In this document: positions 40,494 to 55,400 of the stretch, piece by piece | Layout of the letters: every line of letters begins with the position of its first letter | How positions within the stretch are numbered: the first letter of the stretch is position 1 | DNA from: Eledone cirrhosa | Lineage: Eukaryota | Length of the DNA: 64,000 nucleotides | NCBI GenBank assembly: GCA_964016885.1 | Contig: OZ024740.1 | Coordinates: 9,176,001-9,240,000, forward strand | Direction: 5' to 3' | Program-made: the position numbers and the translations under genes | The notes under the pieces: model-generated | Told to the model about the DNA's origin: nothing | The model's database searches: none | The model's input: the letters and a program-made list of their open reading frames with translations, nothing else

Positions 40494-43400
40494 ATGTCAG
40501 TTTCTATTGGTATATCAGTTTTGATTGGTATGTCAGTTTCGATTGGTATATCAGTTTAGAATGGTATGTCAATCTCGATTGGTATGTCAGTTTCGATTGG
40601 TATATCAGTTTTGATTAGTATGTCAATTTCTATTGGTATATCAGTTTTGATTGGTATATCAGTTTCGATTGGTATGTCAGTTTCGATTGGTATGTCAGTT
40701 TCTATTGGTATGTCAGTTTCGATTAGTATGTCAGTTTCTATTGGTATATCAGTTCCTATTGGTATATCAGTTTCGATTGGTATGTCAGTTTCTATTGGTA
40801 TGTCAGTTTTGATTGGTAGCTCAGTTTCTATTGGTATGTCAGTTTCGCATAGTATGTCAGTTTCGATTAGTATGTCTGTTTCTATTGGTATATCAGTTTT
40901 GATTGGTATGTCAGTTTTGATTGGTATGTCAGTTTCTATTGGTATATCAGTTTCGATTGGTATATCAATTTCTATTGGTATATCAGTTCCGATTGGTATA
41001 TCAGTTTCGATTGGTATATCAGTTTCTATTGGTATATCAGTTCCGATTGGTATATCAGTTTCGATTGGTATGTCAGTTTCGATTAGTATATCAGTTTCTA
41101 TTGATATATCAGTCTCGATTGGTATGTAAGTTTCGATTGGCATGTCAGTTTCTATTGGTATATCATTTTCGATGAGTATATCAGTTTCTATTGGTATATC
41201 AGTTTTGATTGGTATGTCAGTTTCTATTGGCATATCAGTTTCTATTGGTATGTTAGTTTCTATTGGTATGTCAGTTTCGATTAGTATATCAGTTTCTATT
41301 GGTATGTCAGTTTCGATTGGTTTGTTAGTCCTCGATTTGTATGTCAGTTTCTATTGGTATATCAATTTCGATTGGTAGGTCAGTTTCTATTGGTATATCA
41401 GTTTCTATTGGTATGTCAGTTTTGATTGGTATGTCAGTTTCTATTGGTATATCAGTTTCGATTGGTATATCAGTTTCTATTGTTATATCAGTTCCGATTG
41501 GTATATCAGTTTCGATTAGTATATCAGTTTCTATTGGTATATCAGTCCCGATTGGTATATCAGTTTCGATTGGTATGTCAGTTTCTATTGGTATATCAGT
41601 CTCGATTGATATATCAGTTTCAATTAGTATGTCAGTTTCTATTGGTATGTCAGTTTCGATTAGTATATCAGTTTCTATTGGTATATCAATTTCGATTGGT
41701 AGGTCAGTTTCAATTTGTATGTCAGTTTCGATTGGTATGTCAGTTTCTATTGGTATATCAGTTTCTATTTGTATGTCAGTTTCGATGGTATGTCAGTTTC
41801 TATTGGTATATCAGTTTCGATTGGTATGTTAGTTTCTATCGGTATATCAGTTTCGATTGGTATGTCAGTTTTGATTGGTATGTCAGTTTCTATTATTATA
41901 TTAGTTTCTATTGGTATGTGAGTTTAAATTGGTATATCAGTTTCTATTGGTATATCAGTTCCGATTGGTATATCAGTTTCGATTGGTATATCAGTTTCTA
42001 TTGGTATATCAGTTCCGATTGGTATATCAGTTTCGATTGGTATGTCAGTTTCTATTGCTATATCAGTTTCGATTGATATATCAGTTTCGATTAGTATGTC
42101 AGTTTTTATTGGTATGTCAGTTTCGATTAGTATATCAGTTTCTATTGTTATGTCAGTTTCAATTGGTATGTCAGTTTCTATTGGTATATCAGTTTTGATT
42201 GGTATATCAGTTTTGATTGGTATATCAGTTTCGATTGGTATGTCAGTTTCGATTAGTATATCAGTTTCTATTGGTATGTCAGTTTCGATTTTTATGTTAG
42301 TCCTCGATTTGTATGTCAGTTTCTATTGGTATATCAATTTCGATTGGTATGTCAGTTTCTATTGGTATGTCAGTTTCTATTGGTATATCAATTTCGATTG
42401 GTATTTCAGTTTCGATTGGTATGTCAGTTTCGATTGGTATGTCAGTTTCTATTGGTATATCAGTTTCGATTGGTATATCAGTTTTGATTGGTATATCAGT
42501 TTCGATTGGTATGTCAGTTTCGATTGGTATGTCAGTTTTATTTGTATGTCAATTTCGATTGGTATATCACTTTCAATTGGTATGTCAGTTTCTATTTGTA
42601 TATCAGTTTATATTTGTATGTCAGTTTCGATTGGTATGTCAGTTTCTATTGGTATATCAGTTTTGATTGGTATGTTAGTTTCTATTAGTATGTCAGGTCC
42701 GATTGGTATGTTAGTCCGCGATTCGTACGTCAGTTTCTATTGGTATATCAATTTCGATTGGTATGTCAGTTTCTATTGGTCTGTGAGTTTCTATTGGTAT
42801 GTCAGTTTCGATTAGTATATCAGTTTCTATTGGTATGTCAGTTTCTATTGGTATATCAATTTCGATTGGTATATCAGTTTCGATTAGTATGTCAGTTTCG
42901 ATTCGTATGTCAGTTTCGATTAGTATATCAGTTTCTATTGGTATGTCAGTTTCAATTGGTATGTTAGTCCTCGATTTGTATGTCAGTTTCTATTGGTATA
43001 TCAATTTCGATTGGTAGGTCAGTTTCTATTGGTATATCAGTTTCTATTGGCATGTCAGTTTTGATTGGTATGTCAGTTTCTATTGGTATATCAGTTTCGA
43101 TTGGTATATCAGTTTCTATTGTTATATCAGTTCCGATTGGTATATCAGTTTCGATTAGTATATCAGTTTCTGTTGGTATATCAGTCCCGATTGGTATATC
43201 AGTTTCGATTGGTATGTCAGTTTCGATTAGTATATCAGTTTCTATTGGTATGTCAGTTTCTATTGGTATATCAATTTCGATTGGTAGGTCAGTTTCTATT
43301 GGTATGTCAGTTTCAATTTGTATGTCAGTTTCGATTGGTATGTCAGTTTCTATTGGTATATCAGTTTCTATTTGTATGTCAGTTTCGATGGTATGTCAGT

Positions 43401-46400
43401 TTCTATTGGTATATCAGTTTCAATTGGTATGTTAGTTTCTATTGTTATTTCAGTTTCGATTAGTATATCACTTTCTATTGGTATGTCAATTTCGATTCGT
43501 ATGTCAGTTTCGATTGGTATGTCAGTTTCTATCGGTATATCAGTTTCGATTGGTATGTCAGTTTTGATTGGTATGTCAGTTTCTATTATTATATTAGTTT
43601 CTATTGGTATGTGAGTTTAAATTGGTATATCAGTTTCTATTGGTATATCAGTTCCGATTGGTATATCAGTTTCGATTGGTATATCATTTTCTATTGGTAT
43701 ATCAGTTCCGATTGGTATATCAGTTTCGATTGGTATGTCAGTTTCTATTGGTATATCAGTTTCGATTGATATATCAGTTTCGATTAGTATGTCAGTTTTT
43801 ATTGGTATGTCAGTTTCGATTAGTATATCAGTTTCTATTGGTATGTCAGTTTCAATTGGTATGTCAGTTTCTATTGGTATATCAGTTTTGATTGGTATAT
43901 CAGTTTCGATTGGTATGTCAGTTTCGATTAGTATATCAGTTTCTATTGGTATGTCAGTTTCGATTTTTATGTTAGTCCTCGATTTGTATGTCAGTTTCTA
44001 TTGGTATATCAATTTCGATTGGTATGTCAGTTTCTATTGGTATGTCGGTTTCTATTGGTATATCAATTTCGATTGGTATTTCAGTTTCGATTGGTATATC
44101 AGTTTCGATTGGTATGTCAGTTTCTATTGGTATATCAGTTTCGATTGTTATATCAGTTTTGATTGGTATATCAGTCTCGATTGGTATGTCAGTTTCGATT
44201 GGTATGTCAGTTTTATTGGTATGTCAATTTCGATTGGTATATCACTTTCGATTGGTATGTCAGTTTCTATTTGTATATCAGTTTATATTTGTATGTCAGT
44301 TTCGATTGGTATGTCAGTTTCTATTGGTATATCAGTTTTGATTGGTATGTTAGTTTCTATTAGTATGTCAGGTCCGATTGGTATGTTAGTCCGCGATTCG
44401 TACGTCAGTTTCTATTGGTATATCAATTTCGATTGGTATGTCAGTTTCTATTGGTCTGTCAGTTTCTATTGGTATGTCAGTTTCGATTAGTATATCAGCT
44501 TCTATTGGTATGTCAGTTTCTATTTGTATATCAATTTCGATTGGTATATCAGTTTCGATTAGTATGTCAGTTTCGATTCGTATGTCCGTTTCGATTGGTA
44601 CATCAGTTTCGATTAGTAAGTCAGTTTCAATTTGTATGTCAGTTTCTATTGGTATATAAGTTTCGATTGGTATATCAGTTTCTATTGGTATATCAGTTCC
44701 GATTGGTATATCAGTTTCGATTGGTATGTGAGTTTCGATTAGTATATCAGTTTCTATTGGTATGTCAGTTATGATTGGTATGTCAGTTTCTATTGGTATA
44801 TCAGTTTCTATTGGTATGTCAGTTTCTATTGGTATGTTAGTCCTCGATATGTATGTCAGTTTCTATTGGTATATCAATTTCGATTGGTATGTCAGTTTCT
44901 ATTGGTATGTCAGTTTTTATTGGTATATCAATTTCGATTGGTATGTCAGTTTCGATTTGTATATCAGTTTCTATTGGTATGTCAGTTTCGATTTTTATGT
45001 TAGTCCTCGATTTGTATGTCAGTTTCTATTGGTATATTAATTTCGATTGGTATGTCAGTTTCTATTGGTATGTCAGTTTCTATTGGTATATCAATTTCGA
45101 TTGGTATTTCAGTTTCGATTTGTATATCAGTTTCGATTCGTATGTCAATTTATATTGGTATGTCAGTTTCGATTGGTATATCAGTTTCGATTGATATATC
45201 AGTTTCGATTGGTATATCGGTTTCCATTGGTATATCAGTTTTGATTGGTATATCAGTTTCTATTGGTATATCAGTTTCTATTGGTATGTCAGTCTTGATT
45301 GGTATGTCAGTTTCTATTGGTATGTCAGTTTCTATTGGTATATCAGTTTCGATTGATATATCAGTTTCGATTAGTATGTCAGTTTCTATTGGTATGTCAG
45401 TTTCGATTAGTATATCAGTTTCTATTGGTATGTCAGTTTCGATTGGTATGTCAGTTTCTATTGGTATATCAGTTTCGATTGGTATATCAGTTTTGATTGG
45501 TATATCAGTTTCGATTGGTATGTCAGTTTCGATTGGTATGTCAGTTTTATTGGTATGTCAATTTCGATTGGTATATCACTTTCGATTGGTATGTCAGTTT
45601 CTATTTGTATATCAGTTTATATTTGTATGTCAGTTTCCATTGGTATGTCAGTTTCTATTGGTATATCAGTTTTGATTGGTATGTTAGTTTCTATTAGTAT
45701 ATCAGGTCCGATTGGTATGTTAGTCCGCGATTCGTACGTCAGTTTCTATTGGTATATCAATTTCGATTGGTATGTCAGTTTCTATTGGTCTGTCAGTTTC
45801 TATTGGTATGTCAGTTTCGATTAGTATGTCAGTTTCGATTCGTATGTCAGTTTCGATTCGTACATCAGTTTCGATTAGTATGTCAGTTTCGATTTGTATG
45901 TCAGTTTCTATTGGTATATCAGTTTCGACTGGTATATCAGTTTCTATTGGTATATCAGTTCCGATTGGTATATCAGTTTCGATTGGTATGTGAGTTTCGA
46001 TTAGTATATCAGTTTCTATTGGTATGTCCGTTATGATTGGTATGTCAGTTTCTATTGGTATATCAGTTTCTATTGGTATATCAGTTTCTATTGGTATGTC
46101 AGTTTCTATTGGTATGTTAGTCCTCGATATGTATGTCAGTTTCTATTGGTATATCAATTTCGATTGGTATGTCAGTTTCTATTGGTATGTCAGTTTCTAT
46201 TGGTATATCAATTTCGATTGGTATGTCAGTTTCGATTTGTATATCAGTTTCGATTCGTATGTCAGTTTCGATTGGTATGTCAGTTTCGATTGGTATGTCA
46301 GTTTCGATTTGTATGTCAGTTTCGATTGGTATATCAGTTTCGATTAGTATGTCAGTTTCTATTGGTATATCGGTTTCCATTGGTATATCAGTTTCAATTG

Positions 46401-49400
46401 GTATGTCAGTTTCTATTGGTATATCAGTTTCTATTGGTATGTTAGTTTTGATTGGTATGTCAGTTTCTATTGGTATATCAGTTTCGATTGGTATATCAGG
46501 TTCTATTGGTATATCAGTTCCGATTGGTATATCAGTTTCGATTTGTATATCAGTTTCGATTGGTATATCAGTTTCAATTGGTATATCAGTTTCGATTGGT
46601 ATGTCAGTTTCTATTTGTATGTCAGTTTCTATTGGTATGTCAGTTTCAATTGGTATATCAGTGTCGATTGGTATGTCAGTTTCGATTGGTATATCAGTTT
46701 TGATTGGTATGTTAGTTTCTATTGGTATGTCAGTTCCGATTGTTATGTCATTTTCTATTGGTATATCAATTTCGATTGGTATATCAGTTTCGATTAGTAT
46801 GTCAGTTTCGATTCATATGTCAGTTTCGATTGGTATGTCAGTGTCGATTGGTATGTCAGTGTCGATTGGTATATCAGTTTTGATTGGTATGTCAGTTTCG
46901 ATTAGTATATCAGTTTCTATTGATATGTCAGTTTCGATTGGTATGTCAGTTTCTATTGGTATATCAATTTCGATTTGTAGGTCAGTTTCTATTGGTATAT
47001 CAGTTTCTATTGGTATGTCAGTTTTGATTAGTATATCAGTTTCCATAGGTATATCAGTTTCGATTGGTATGTCAGTTTCTATTGGTATATCAGTTTCGAT
47101 TGGTATATCAGTTTCGATTGTATATAAGTTTCGATTGGTATGTCAGTTTCTATTGGTATTTCAGTTTCAATTTGTATGTCAGTTTCGATTGGTATGTCAG
47201 TTTCTATTGGTATATCATTTTCTATCTGTATGTCAGTTTCGATTGGTATGTCAGTTTCTATTGGTATATCAGTTTCGATTGGTATATCAGTTTCTATTGG
47301 TATATCAGTTCCGATTGTTATATCAGTTTCGATTGGTATATCAGTTTCTATTGGTATATCAGTTCCGATTGGTATATCAGTTTCGATTGGTATGTCAGTT
47401 TCTATTAGTATATCAGTTTCGATTGATATATCAGTTTCTATTAGTATGTCAGTTTCTATTGGTATGTCAGTTTCAATTAGTATATCAGTTTCTATTGGTA
47501 TGTCAGTTTTGATTGGTATGTCAGTTTCTATAGGTATGTCAGTTTCTATTGGTATGTCAGTTTCGATAGGTATGTCAGTTTTATTGGAATGTCAATTTCG
47601 AGTGGTATATCAGTTTCGATTGTTATGTCAGTTTTATTGGTACGTCAATTTCGATTGGTATATCAGTTTCGATTGGTATATCAGTTTTGATTGGTATGTT
47701 GGTTTCTATTGGTATGTCAGGTCTGATTGGTATGTTAGTCCGCGATTCGTACGTCAGTTTCTATTGGTATATCAATTTCGATTGGTATGTCAGTTTCTAT
47801 TGGTATGTCAGTTTCTATTGGTATATCAATTTCGATTGGTATATCAGTTTCGATTAGTATGTCAGTTTCGATTCGTATGTCAGTTTCGATTGGTACATCA
47901 GTTTCGATTGGTATGTCAGTTTCGATTTGTATGTCAATTTCGATTTGTATGTCAGTTTCGATTAGTATGTCAGTTTCTATTGGTATATCAGTTCCGATTG
48001 GTATATCAGTTTCGATTGGTATGTCAGTCTCGATTAGTATATCAGTTTCTATTGGTATGTCAGTAATGATTGGAATGTCAGTTTCTATTGGTAAATCAGT
48101 TTCTATTGGTATATTAGTTTCTATTGTTATGTCAGTTTCTATTGGTATGTTAGTCCACGATTAGTATGTCAGTTTCTATTGGTATATCAATTTTCATTGG
48201 TATGTCAGTTTCTATTGGTATATCAATTTCGATTGGTATGCAACTTTCGATTTGTATATCTGTTTCGATTCGTATGTCAGTTTCGATTGTTATGTCAGTT
48301 TCGATTGGTATGTCAGTTTCGATTGGTATATCAGTTTCGATTAGTATGTCAGTTTCTATTGGTATATCAGTTTCGATCGGTATGTCAGTTTCTATTGCTA
48401 TATCAGTTTTGATTGGTATATCAGTTTCGAATGGTATGTCAGTTTCTATTGGTATGTCAGTTTCAATTGGTATATCAGTTACGATTGATATGTCAGTTTT
48501 ATTGGTATGTCAATTTCGATTGGTATATCAGTTTCGATTGGTATGTCAGTTTCTATTGGTATATCAGTTTATATTTGTTTGTCAGTTTCGATTGGTATGT
48601 TAGTTTCTATTGGTATATCAGTTTTGATTGGTATGTTAGTTTCTATTGTTATGTCAGTACCAATCGGTATGTTAGTCATCGATTCGTATGTCAGTTTCTA
48701 TTGGTATATCAATTTCGATTGCTATGACAGTTTCGATTGGTATGTCAGTTTCGATTGGTATATCAGTTTCAAATGGTATGTCTGTTTTGATTGGTATGTC
48801 AGTTTGGATTGGTATATCAGTTTCTATTAGTATGTCAGTTTCTATTGGTATATCAGTTTCTATTGGTATATCAGTTTCGATTGGTATGTCTGATTCATTG
48901 GTATATCAGTTTCGATTGGTATATCAGTTTCGGTTGGTATGTCAGTTTCGATTGGTATATCAGTTTCTATTGGTATATCAGTTTCGAATGGTATGTCAGT
49001 TTCTATTGGAATGTCAGTTTTGATTAGTATATCAGTTTCTATTGGTATGTGAGTTTCGATTGGTATGTTAGTCCTCGCTTTGTTTGTCAGTTTCTCTTGG
49101 CATATCAGTTTCGATTGGTATTTCAATTTCGATTAGTAAATCAGTTTCTGTTTGTTTGTCAGTTTCTATTGGTATATCAGTTTCGATTGGTATGTCTGTT
49201 TTGATTGGTATGTCTGTTTTGATTGGTATGTCAGTTTGGATTGGTATATCAGTTCCTATTGGTATATCAGTTTCGATCGATATATCCGTTTCTATTTGTA
49301 TGTCAATTTTCGATTGGTATGTCAGTCTCTATTGGTATATCAGTTTCTATTGGTATATCAGTTTCGATATGGATGTCAGTTTCGATTGATATGTCAGATA

Positions 49401-52400
49401 CGATTAGTATATCAGTTTCTATTGGTAAGTCAGTTTCTATTGGTATATGAGTTTCAATTGGTATATCAGTTTTAATAGGTATATCAGTTTCGATTGGTAT
49501 GTCAGTTTCGATTAGTATATCAGTTTCTTTTGGTATGTGAGTTTCTATTGGTATATCAGTTTCGATAGCTATGTAAATTTCGATTGGTATTTCAGTTTCG
49601 ATTGGTATATCAGTTTCGAGTCGTATGTCAGTTTCGATTGGTATATCAGTTTCGATTTATATGTCAGTTTCGATTGGTATGTCAGTTTATATTGGTATAA
49701 CAGTTTCTGCTGGTATGTCAGTTTCTATTGGTATATCAGATTCGATTGGTATATCAGTTTCTATTGGTATATCAGTTTCGATTGGTATGTCTGATTCATT
49801 GGTATATCAGTTTCGATTGGTATATCAGTTTCGGTTGGTATGTCAGTTTCGATTGGTATATCAGTTTCTATTGGTATATCAGTTTCGAATGGTATATCAG
49901 TTTCTATTGGTATGTCAGTTTCGATTGGTATGTTAGTCCTCGATTTGTTTGTCAGTTTCTATTAGTATGTCAGTTTCTATTGGTATATCAGTTCCTATTG
50001 GTATATCAGTTTCGATTGATATATCCGTTTCTATTTGTATGTCAATTTTCGATTGGTTTGTCAGTTTCTATTGGTATATCAGTTTCTATTGGTATATCAG
50101 TCTCGATTGGGATGTCAGTTTCGATTAGTAAATCATTTTCTATTTGTATGTCAGTTTCTATTGGTATATCAGTTTCTATTGGTATGTCAGGTCCGATTGG
50201 TATGTTAGACCGCGATTCGTACGTCAGTTTCTATTGGTATATCAATTTCGATTGGTATGTCAGTTTCTATTGGTCGGTCAGTTTCTATTGGTATATCAGT
50301 TTCGATTGGTATGTCAGTTTCTATAGGTATATCAATTTAGATTGGTATATCAGTTTCGATTCGTATGTCAGTTTCGATTGGTACGTCAGTTTCGATTGGT
50401 ATATCAGTTTTGAATGGTATGTCTGTTTTGATTGGTATGTCAGTTTCGATTGGTATGTCAGTTTCGATTGGTATATCAGTTTCTATTGGTATGTCAGTTA
50501 TGATTGGTATGTCAGTTTCTATTGGTATATCAGTTTCTATTGGTATATCAGTTTCTATTGGTACGTCAGTTTCTCTTGGTATGTTAGTCCTCGATTTGTA
50601 TGTCAGTTTCTATTGGTATATTAATTTCGATTGGTATGTCAGTTTATATTGGTATGTCAGTTTCTATTGCTATATCAATTTCGATTGGTATGCCAGTTTC
50701 GATTTGTATATCAGTTTCGATTCGTACATCAGTTTCGATTGTTATGTCAGTTTCGATTGGTATGTAAGTTTCGATTTGTATGTCAGTTTCGATTAGTATG
50801 TCAGTTTCTATTGGTATATCGGTTTCCATTGGTATATCAGTTTCAATTGGTATGTCAGTTTCTATTGGTATATCAGTTTCTATTGGTACGTCAGTTTTTA
50901 GTGGTATGTCAGTTTCTATTGGTATATCAGTTTCGATTTGTATATCAGTTTCTATTGGTATATCATTTCCGATTGGTATATCAGTTTCGATTGGTATATC
51001 AGTTTCTATTGTTATATCAGTTCCGATTGGTATATCAGTTTCGATTGGTATATCAGTTTCTATTGTTATGTCAGTTTCGACTAGTATATCAGTTTCTATT
51101 GGTATGTCAGTTTCGATTGGTATGTCAGTTTCTATTGGTATATCAGTTTCGATTGGTTTATCAGTTTCGATTGGTATGTCAGTTTCTATTGGTATGTCAG
51201 TTTCTATTCGTATGTCAGTTTCATTTGGTATATCAGTTTCGATTGATATGTCAGTTTTATTGGTATGTCAATTTCGATTGATATATCAGTTTCGATTGGT
51301 ATGTCAGTTTCTATTGGTATATCAGTTTATATTTGTCTGTCAGTTTCGATTGGTATATCAGTTTTGATTGTTATGTTAGTTTCTATTGGGATGTCAGTAC
51401 CGATTGGTATGTTAGTCCTTGATTCGTATGTCAGTTTCTATTGGTATCTCAATTTCGATTGGTATGTCAGTTTCTATTGGTATGTCAGTTTCAATTGGTA
51501 TATCAGTTTCGATTGGTATGTCAGTTTCGATTAGTTTATCAGTTTCTATTGGTATGTCAGTTTTGATTGGTATGTTAGTTTCTATTGGTATGTCAGTTTC
51601 GACTGGTATGTTAGTCCTCGATTCGTATGTCAGTTTCTATTGGTATATCAATTTCGATTGGTAGGTCAGTTTCGATTGGTATGTCAGTTTCGATTGGTAT
51701 GTCAATTTCGATTGGTATGTCAGTTTCGATTGGTATATCAGTTTCAAATGGTATGTCTGTTTTGATCGGTATGTCAGTTTGGATAGGGATATCAGTTTCT
51801 ATTAGTATGTCAGTTTCTATTGGTATATCAGTTTCTATTGGTATGTCAGTTTCGATTGGTATGTTAGTCCTCGATTCGTATGTCAGTTTCTTTTGGTATA
51901 TCAATTTAAATTGGTATGTCTGTTTCTATTGGTATGTCAGTTTCTATTGGTATATCAGTTTCTATTGGTATGTCAGTTTTGATTGGCTTGTCAGTTTCTA
52001 TTATTATATCAGTTTCTATTGGTATGTGAGTTTCTATTGGTATATCAGTTTCGATTGCTATGTCAATTTCGATTGGTATTTCAGTTTCGATTGGTATATC
52101 AGTTTCGATTTGTATGTCAGTTTCGATTGGTATATCAGTTTCGATTTATAAGTCATTTTCGATTGGTATGTCAGTTTCTATAGGTATATCAGTTTCTATT
52201 GGTATGTCAGTTTCTATTGGTATATCAGTTTCGATTGGTATGTCTGTTTAAATTGGTATATCAGTTTCGATTAGTATATCAGTTTCGGTTGGTATGACAG
52301 TTTCGATTGGTATATCATTTTCTATTGGTATATCAGTTTCGAATGGTATGTCAGTTTCTATTGGTATGTCAGTTTTGATTAGTATAACAGTTTCTATTGG

Positions 52401-55400
52401 TATGTCAGTTTCGATTGGTATGTTAGTCCTCGATTTGTTTGTCAGTTTCTATTGGCATATCAGTTTCGATTGGTATTTCAATTTCGATTAGTAAATCAGT
52501 TTCTATTGGTATATCAGTTTCAATTGGTATGTCAGTTTCGATTGGTATATCAGTTTCGACTGGTATATCAGTTTCGATTGGTATGTCAATTTCGATTGGT
52601 ATGTCAGTTTCGATTGGTATGTCAGTTTCGATTGGTATATCAGTTTCAAATGGTATGTATGTTTTCATTGGTATGTCAGTTTGGATAGGTATATCAGTTT
52701 CTATTAGTATGTCAGTTTCTATTGGTATATCAGTTTCAATTGGTATGTCAGTTTCGATTGGTATGTCAGTTTCTATTGGTATATCACTTTCGATTGATAT
52801 ATCAATTTCCATTTGTATGTCAATTTTCGACTGGTATGTCAGTTTCTATTGGTATATCAGTTTCGATTGCTATGTCAATTTCGATTGGTATGTCAGTTTC
52901 GATTGGTATATCAGTTTCGATTGGTATGTCAGTTTCGATTGGTATGTCAGTTTTGATTGGTATGTCAGTTTCTATTGGTATATCAGTTTCAAATGGTATA
53001 TCAGTTTCTATTGATATGTCAGTTTTATTAGTATGTCAGTTTCTATTGGTATATTAGTTTCGATTGGTATGTCAGTTTCTATTGGTATGTCAGTTTCGAT
53101 CAGTATATCAGTTACTATTGTTATGTCAATTTCGATTGGTATGTCAGTTTCGATTGGTATATCAGTTTTGATTTGTATGTCAGTTTCGATTACTATATCA
53201 GTTTCTTTTGGTATCTCAGTTTATATTGGTATATCAGTTTCTATTCAGATGTCAGTTTCTATTGGTATGTCAGTCTCGATTTGTATGTCCGTTTCGAGAG
53301 GCATATCATTTTCGATTCGTATGTCAGTTTCTCTTGGTATATCAGTTTCTATTGGTATATCATTTTCGATTGGTATGTCAATTTCTATTGGTATGTCAGT
53401 TTATATTTGTATGTCAGTTTCGATTGGTATGTCAGTTTCTATTGGTATATCAGTTTTGATTGGTATGTTAGTTTCTATTGGTATGTCAGTTTCGATTAGT
53501 ATATCAGTTTCTATTGGTATGTCAGTTTCGATTGGTATGTTAGTCCTCGATTTGTATGTCAGTTTCTTTTGGTATATCAATTTAGATTATATGTCAGTTT
53601 CTATTGGTATGTCAGTTTCTATTGGTATATCAGTTTCGATTGATATATCAGTTTCGATTGGTATATCGGTTTCCATTGGTATATCAGTTTCGATTGGTAT
53701 GTCAGTTTCGATTGGAATATCAGTTTCTATTGGTATATCAGTTTCTATTGGTATATCAGTTCCGATTGGTATAACAGTTTCGATTGGTATGTCAGTTTCT
53801 ATTGGTATATCAGTTTCGATTCATATATCAGTTTCGATTTGTATGTCCGTTTCTATTGGTATGTCAGTTTCGATTAGTATATCAGTTTCTATTGGTATGT
53901 CAGTTTCGATTGGTATGTCAATTTCTATTGGTATATCAGTTTTGATTGGTATATCAGTTTTGATTGGTATGTCAGTTTTGATTAGTATATCAGTTTCTAT
54001 TGGTATGTCAGTTTCAATTGGTATGTTAGTCCTCGATTTGTATGTCAGTTTCTATTGGTATATCAATTTCGATTGGTATGTCAGTTTCTATTGGTAAGTC
54101 AGTTTCTATTGGTATATCAATTTCAAATTGGTATGTGAGTTTCGATTTGTATATCAGTTTCGATTCGTATGTCAGTTTCGAATGGTATATCAGTTTCGAT
54201 TGATATATCAGTTTTGATTGGTATGTCAGTATCTATTGGTATGTCAGTTTCTATTTGTATATCAGTTTCGATTGGTATATCAGTTTCTATTGGTATATCA
54301 GTTCCGATTGGTATATCAGTTTCGATTGGTATATCAGTTTCTATTGGTATATCAGTTCTGATTGGTATATCAGTTTCGATTGGTATGTCAGTTTCTATTG
54401 GTATATCAGTTTCGATTGGTATATCAATTTTTGATTGGTATATCAGTTTCGATTGGTATGTCAGTTTCTATTAGTATGTCAGTTTCGATTGGTATGTCAG
54501 TTTCGATTTGTACGTCAGTTTCGATTGGTATGTCAATTTCGATTGGTATGTCAATTTCGATTAGTATGTCAGTTCCTATTGGTATATCAGTTTCTATTGG
54601 TATGTCAGTTTTGATTGGTATGTCAGTTTCTATTGGTATATCAGTTTCGATTGGTATATCAGTTTCTATTGGTATATCAATTCCGATTGGTATATCAGTT
54701 TCGATTGGTATGTCAGTTTTGATTGGTATGTCAGTTTCTATTGGTATATCAGTTTCGATTGGTATATCAGCTTCTATTGGTATATCAGTTCCGATTGGTA
54801 TATCAGTTTCGGTTGGCATATCAGTTCCGATTGGTATATCAGTTTCTATTGGTATGTCAGTTTCTATTGGTATATCAATTTCGATTGGTATATCAGTTTC
54901 AATTAGTATGTCAGCTTCGATTCGTATGTCAGTTTCGATTGGTACGTCAGTTTCGATTGGTATGTCAGTTGCGATTTGTATGTAAGTTTCTATTGGTATA
55001 TCAGTTTCGATTGGTATATCAGTTTCTATTGGTATATCAGTTCCGATTGGTATATCAGTTTCCATTGGTATATCAGTTTCTATTGTTATATCAGTTCCGA
55101 TTGGTATATCAGTTTCGATTGGTATATCAGTTTCTATTGGTATATCAGTTTCTATTGGTATATCAGTTCCGATTGGTATGTCTGTTTCGATTGGTATGTC
55201 AGTTTCTATTGGTACATCAGTTTCGATTGGTATATCAGTTTCGATTGCTATATCAGTTTCGATTGGTATGTCAGTTTCTATTGGTATGTCAGTTTCTATT
55301 GGTATGTCAATTTCGATTGGTATATCAGTTTCGATTGGTATGTCAGTTTCTATTGGCATATCAGTTTTGATTGGTATGTTAGTTTCTGTTGGTATGTCAG

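Larger units (their letters stand above)
24673..51920 (+). repeat. Copy B of the ~27.2-kb tandem segmental duplication
   Basis: 27154-51920 aligns to 1-24672. 24673-27153 is inferred to be the start of the unit, whose partner would lie upstream of the window. Confidence 0.85.
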
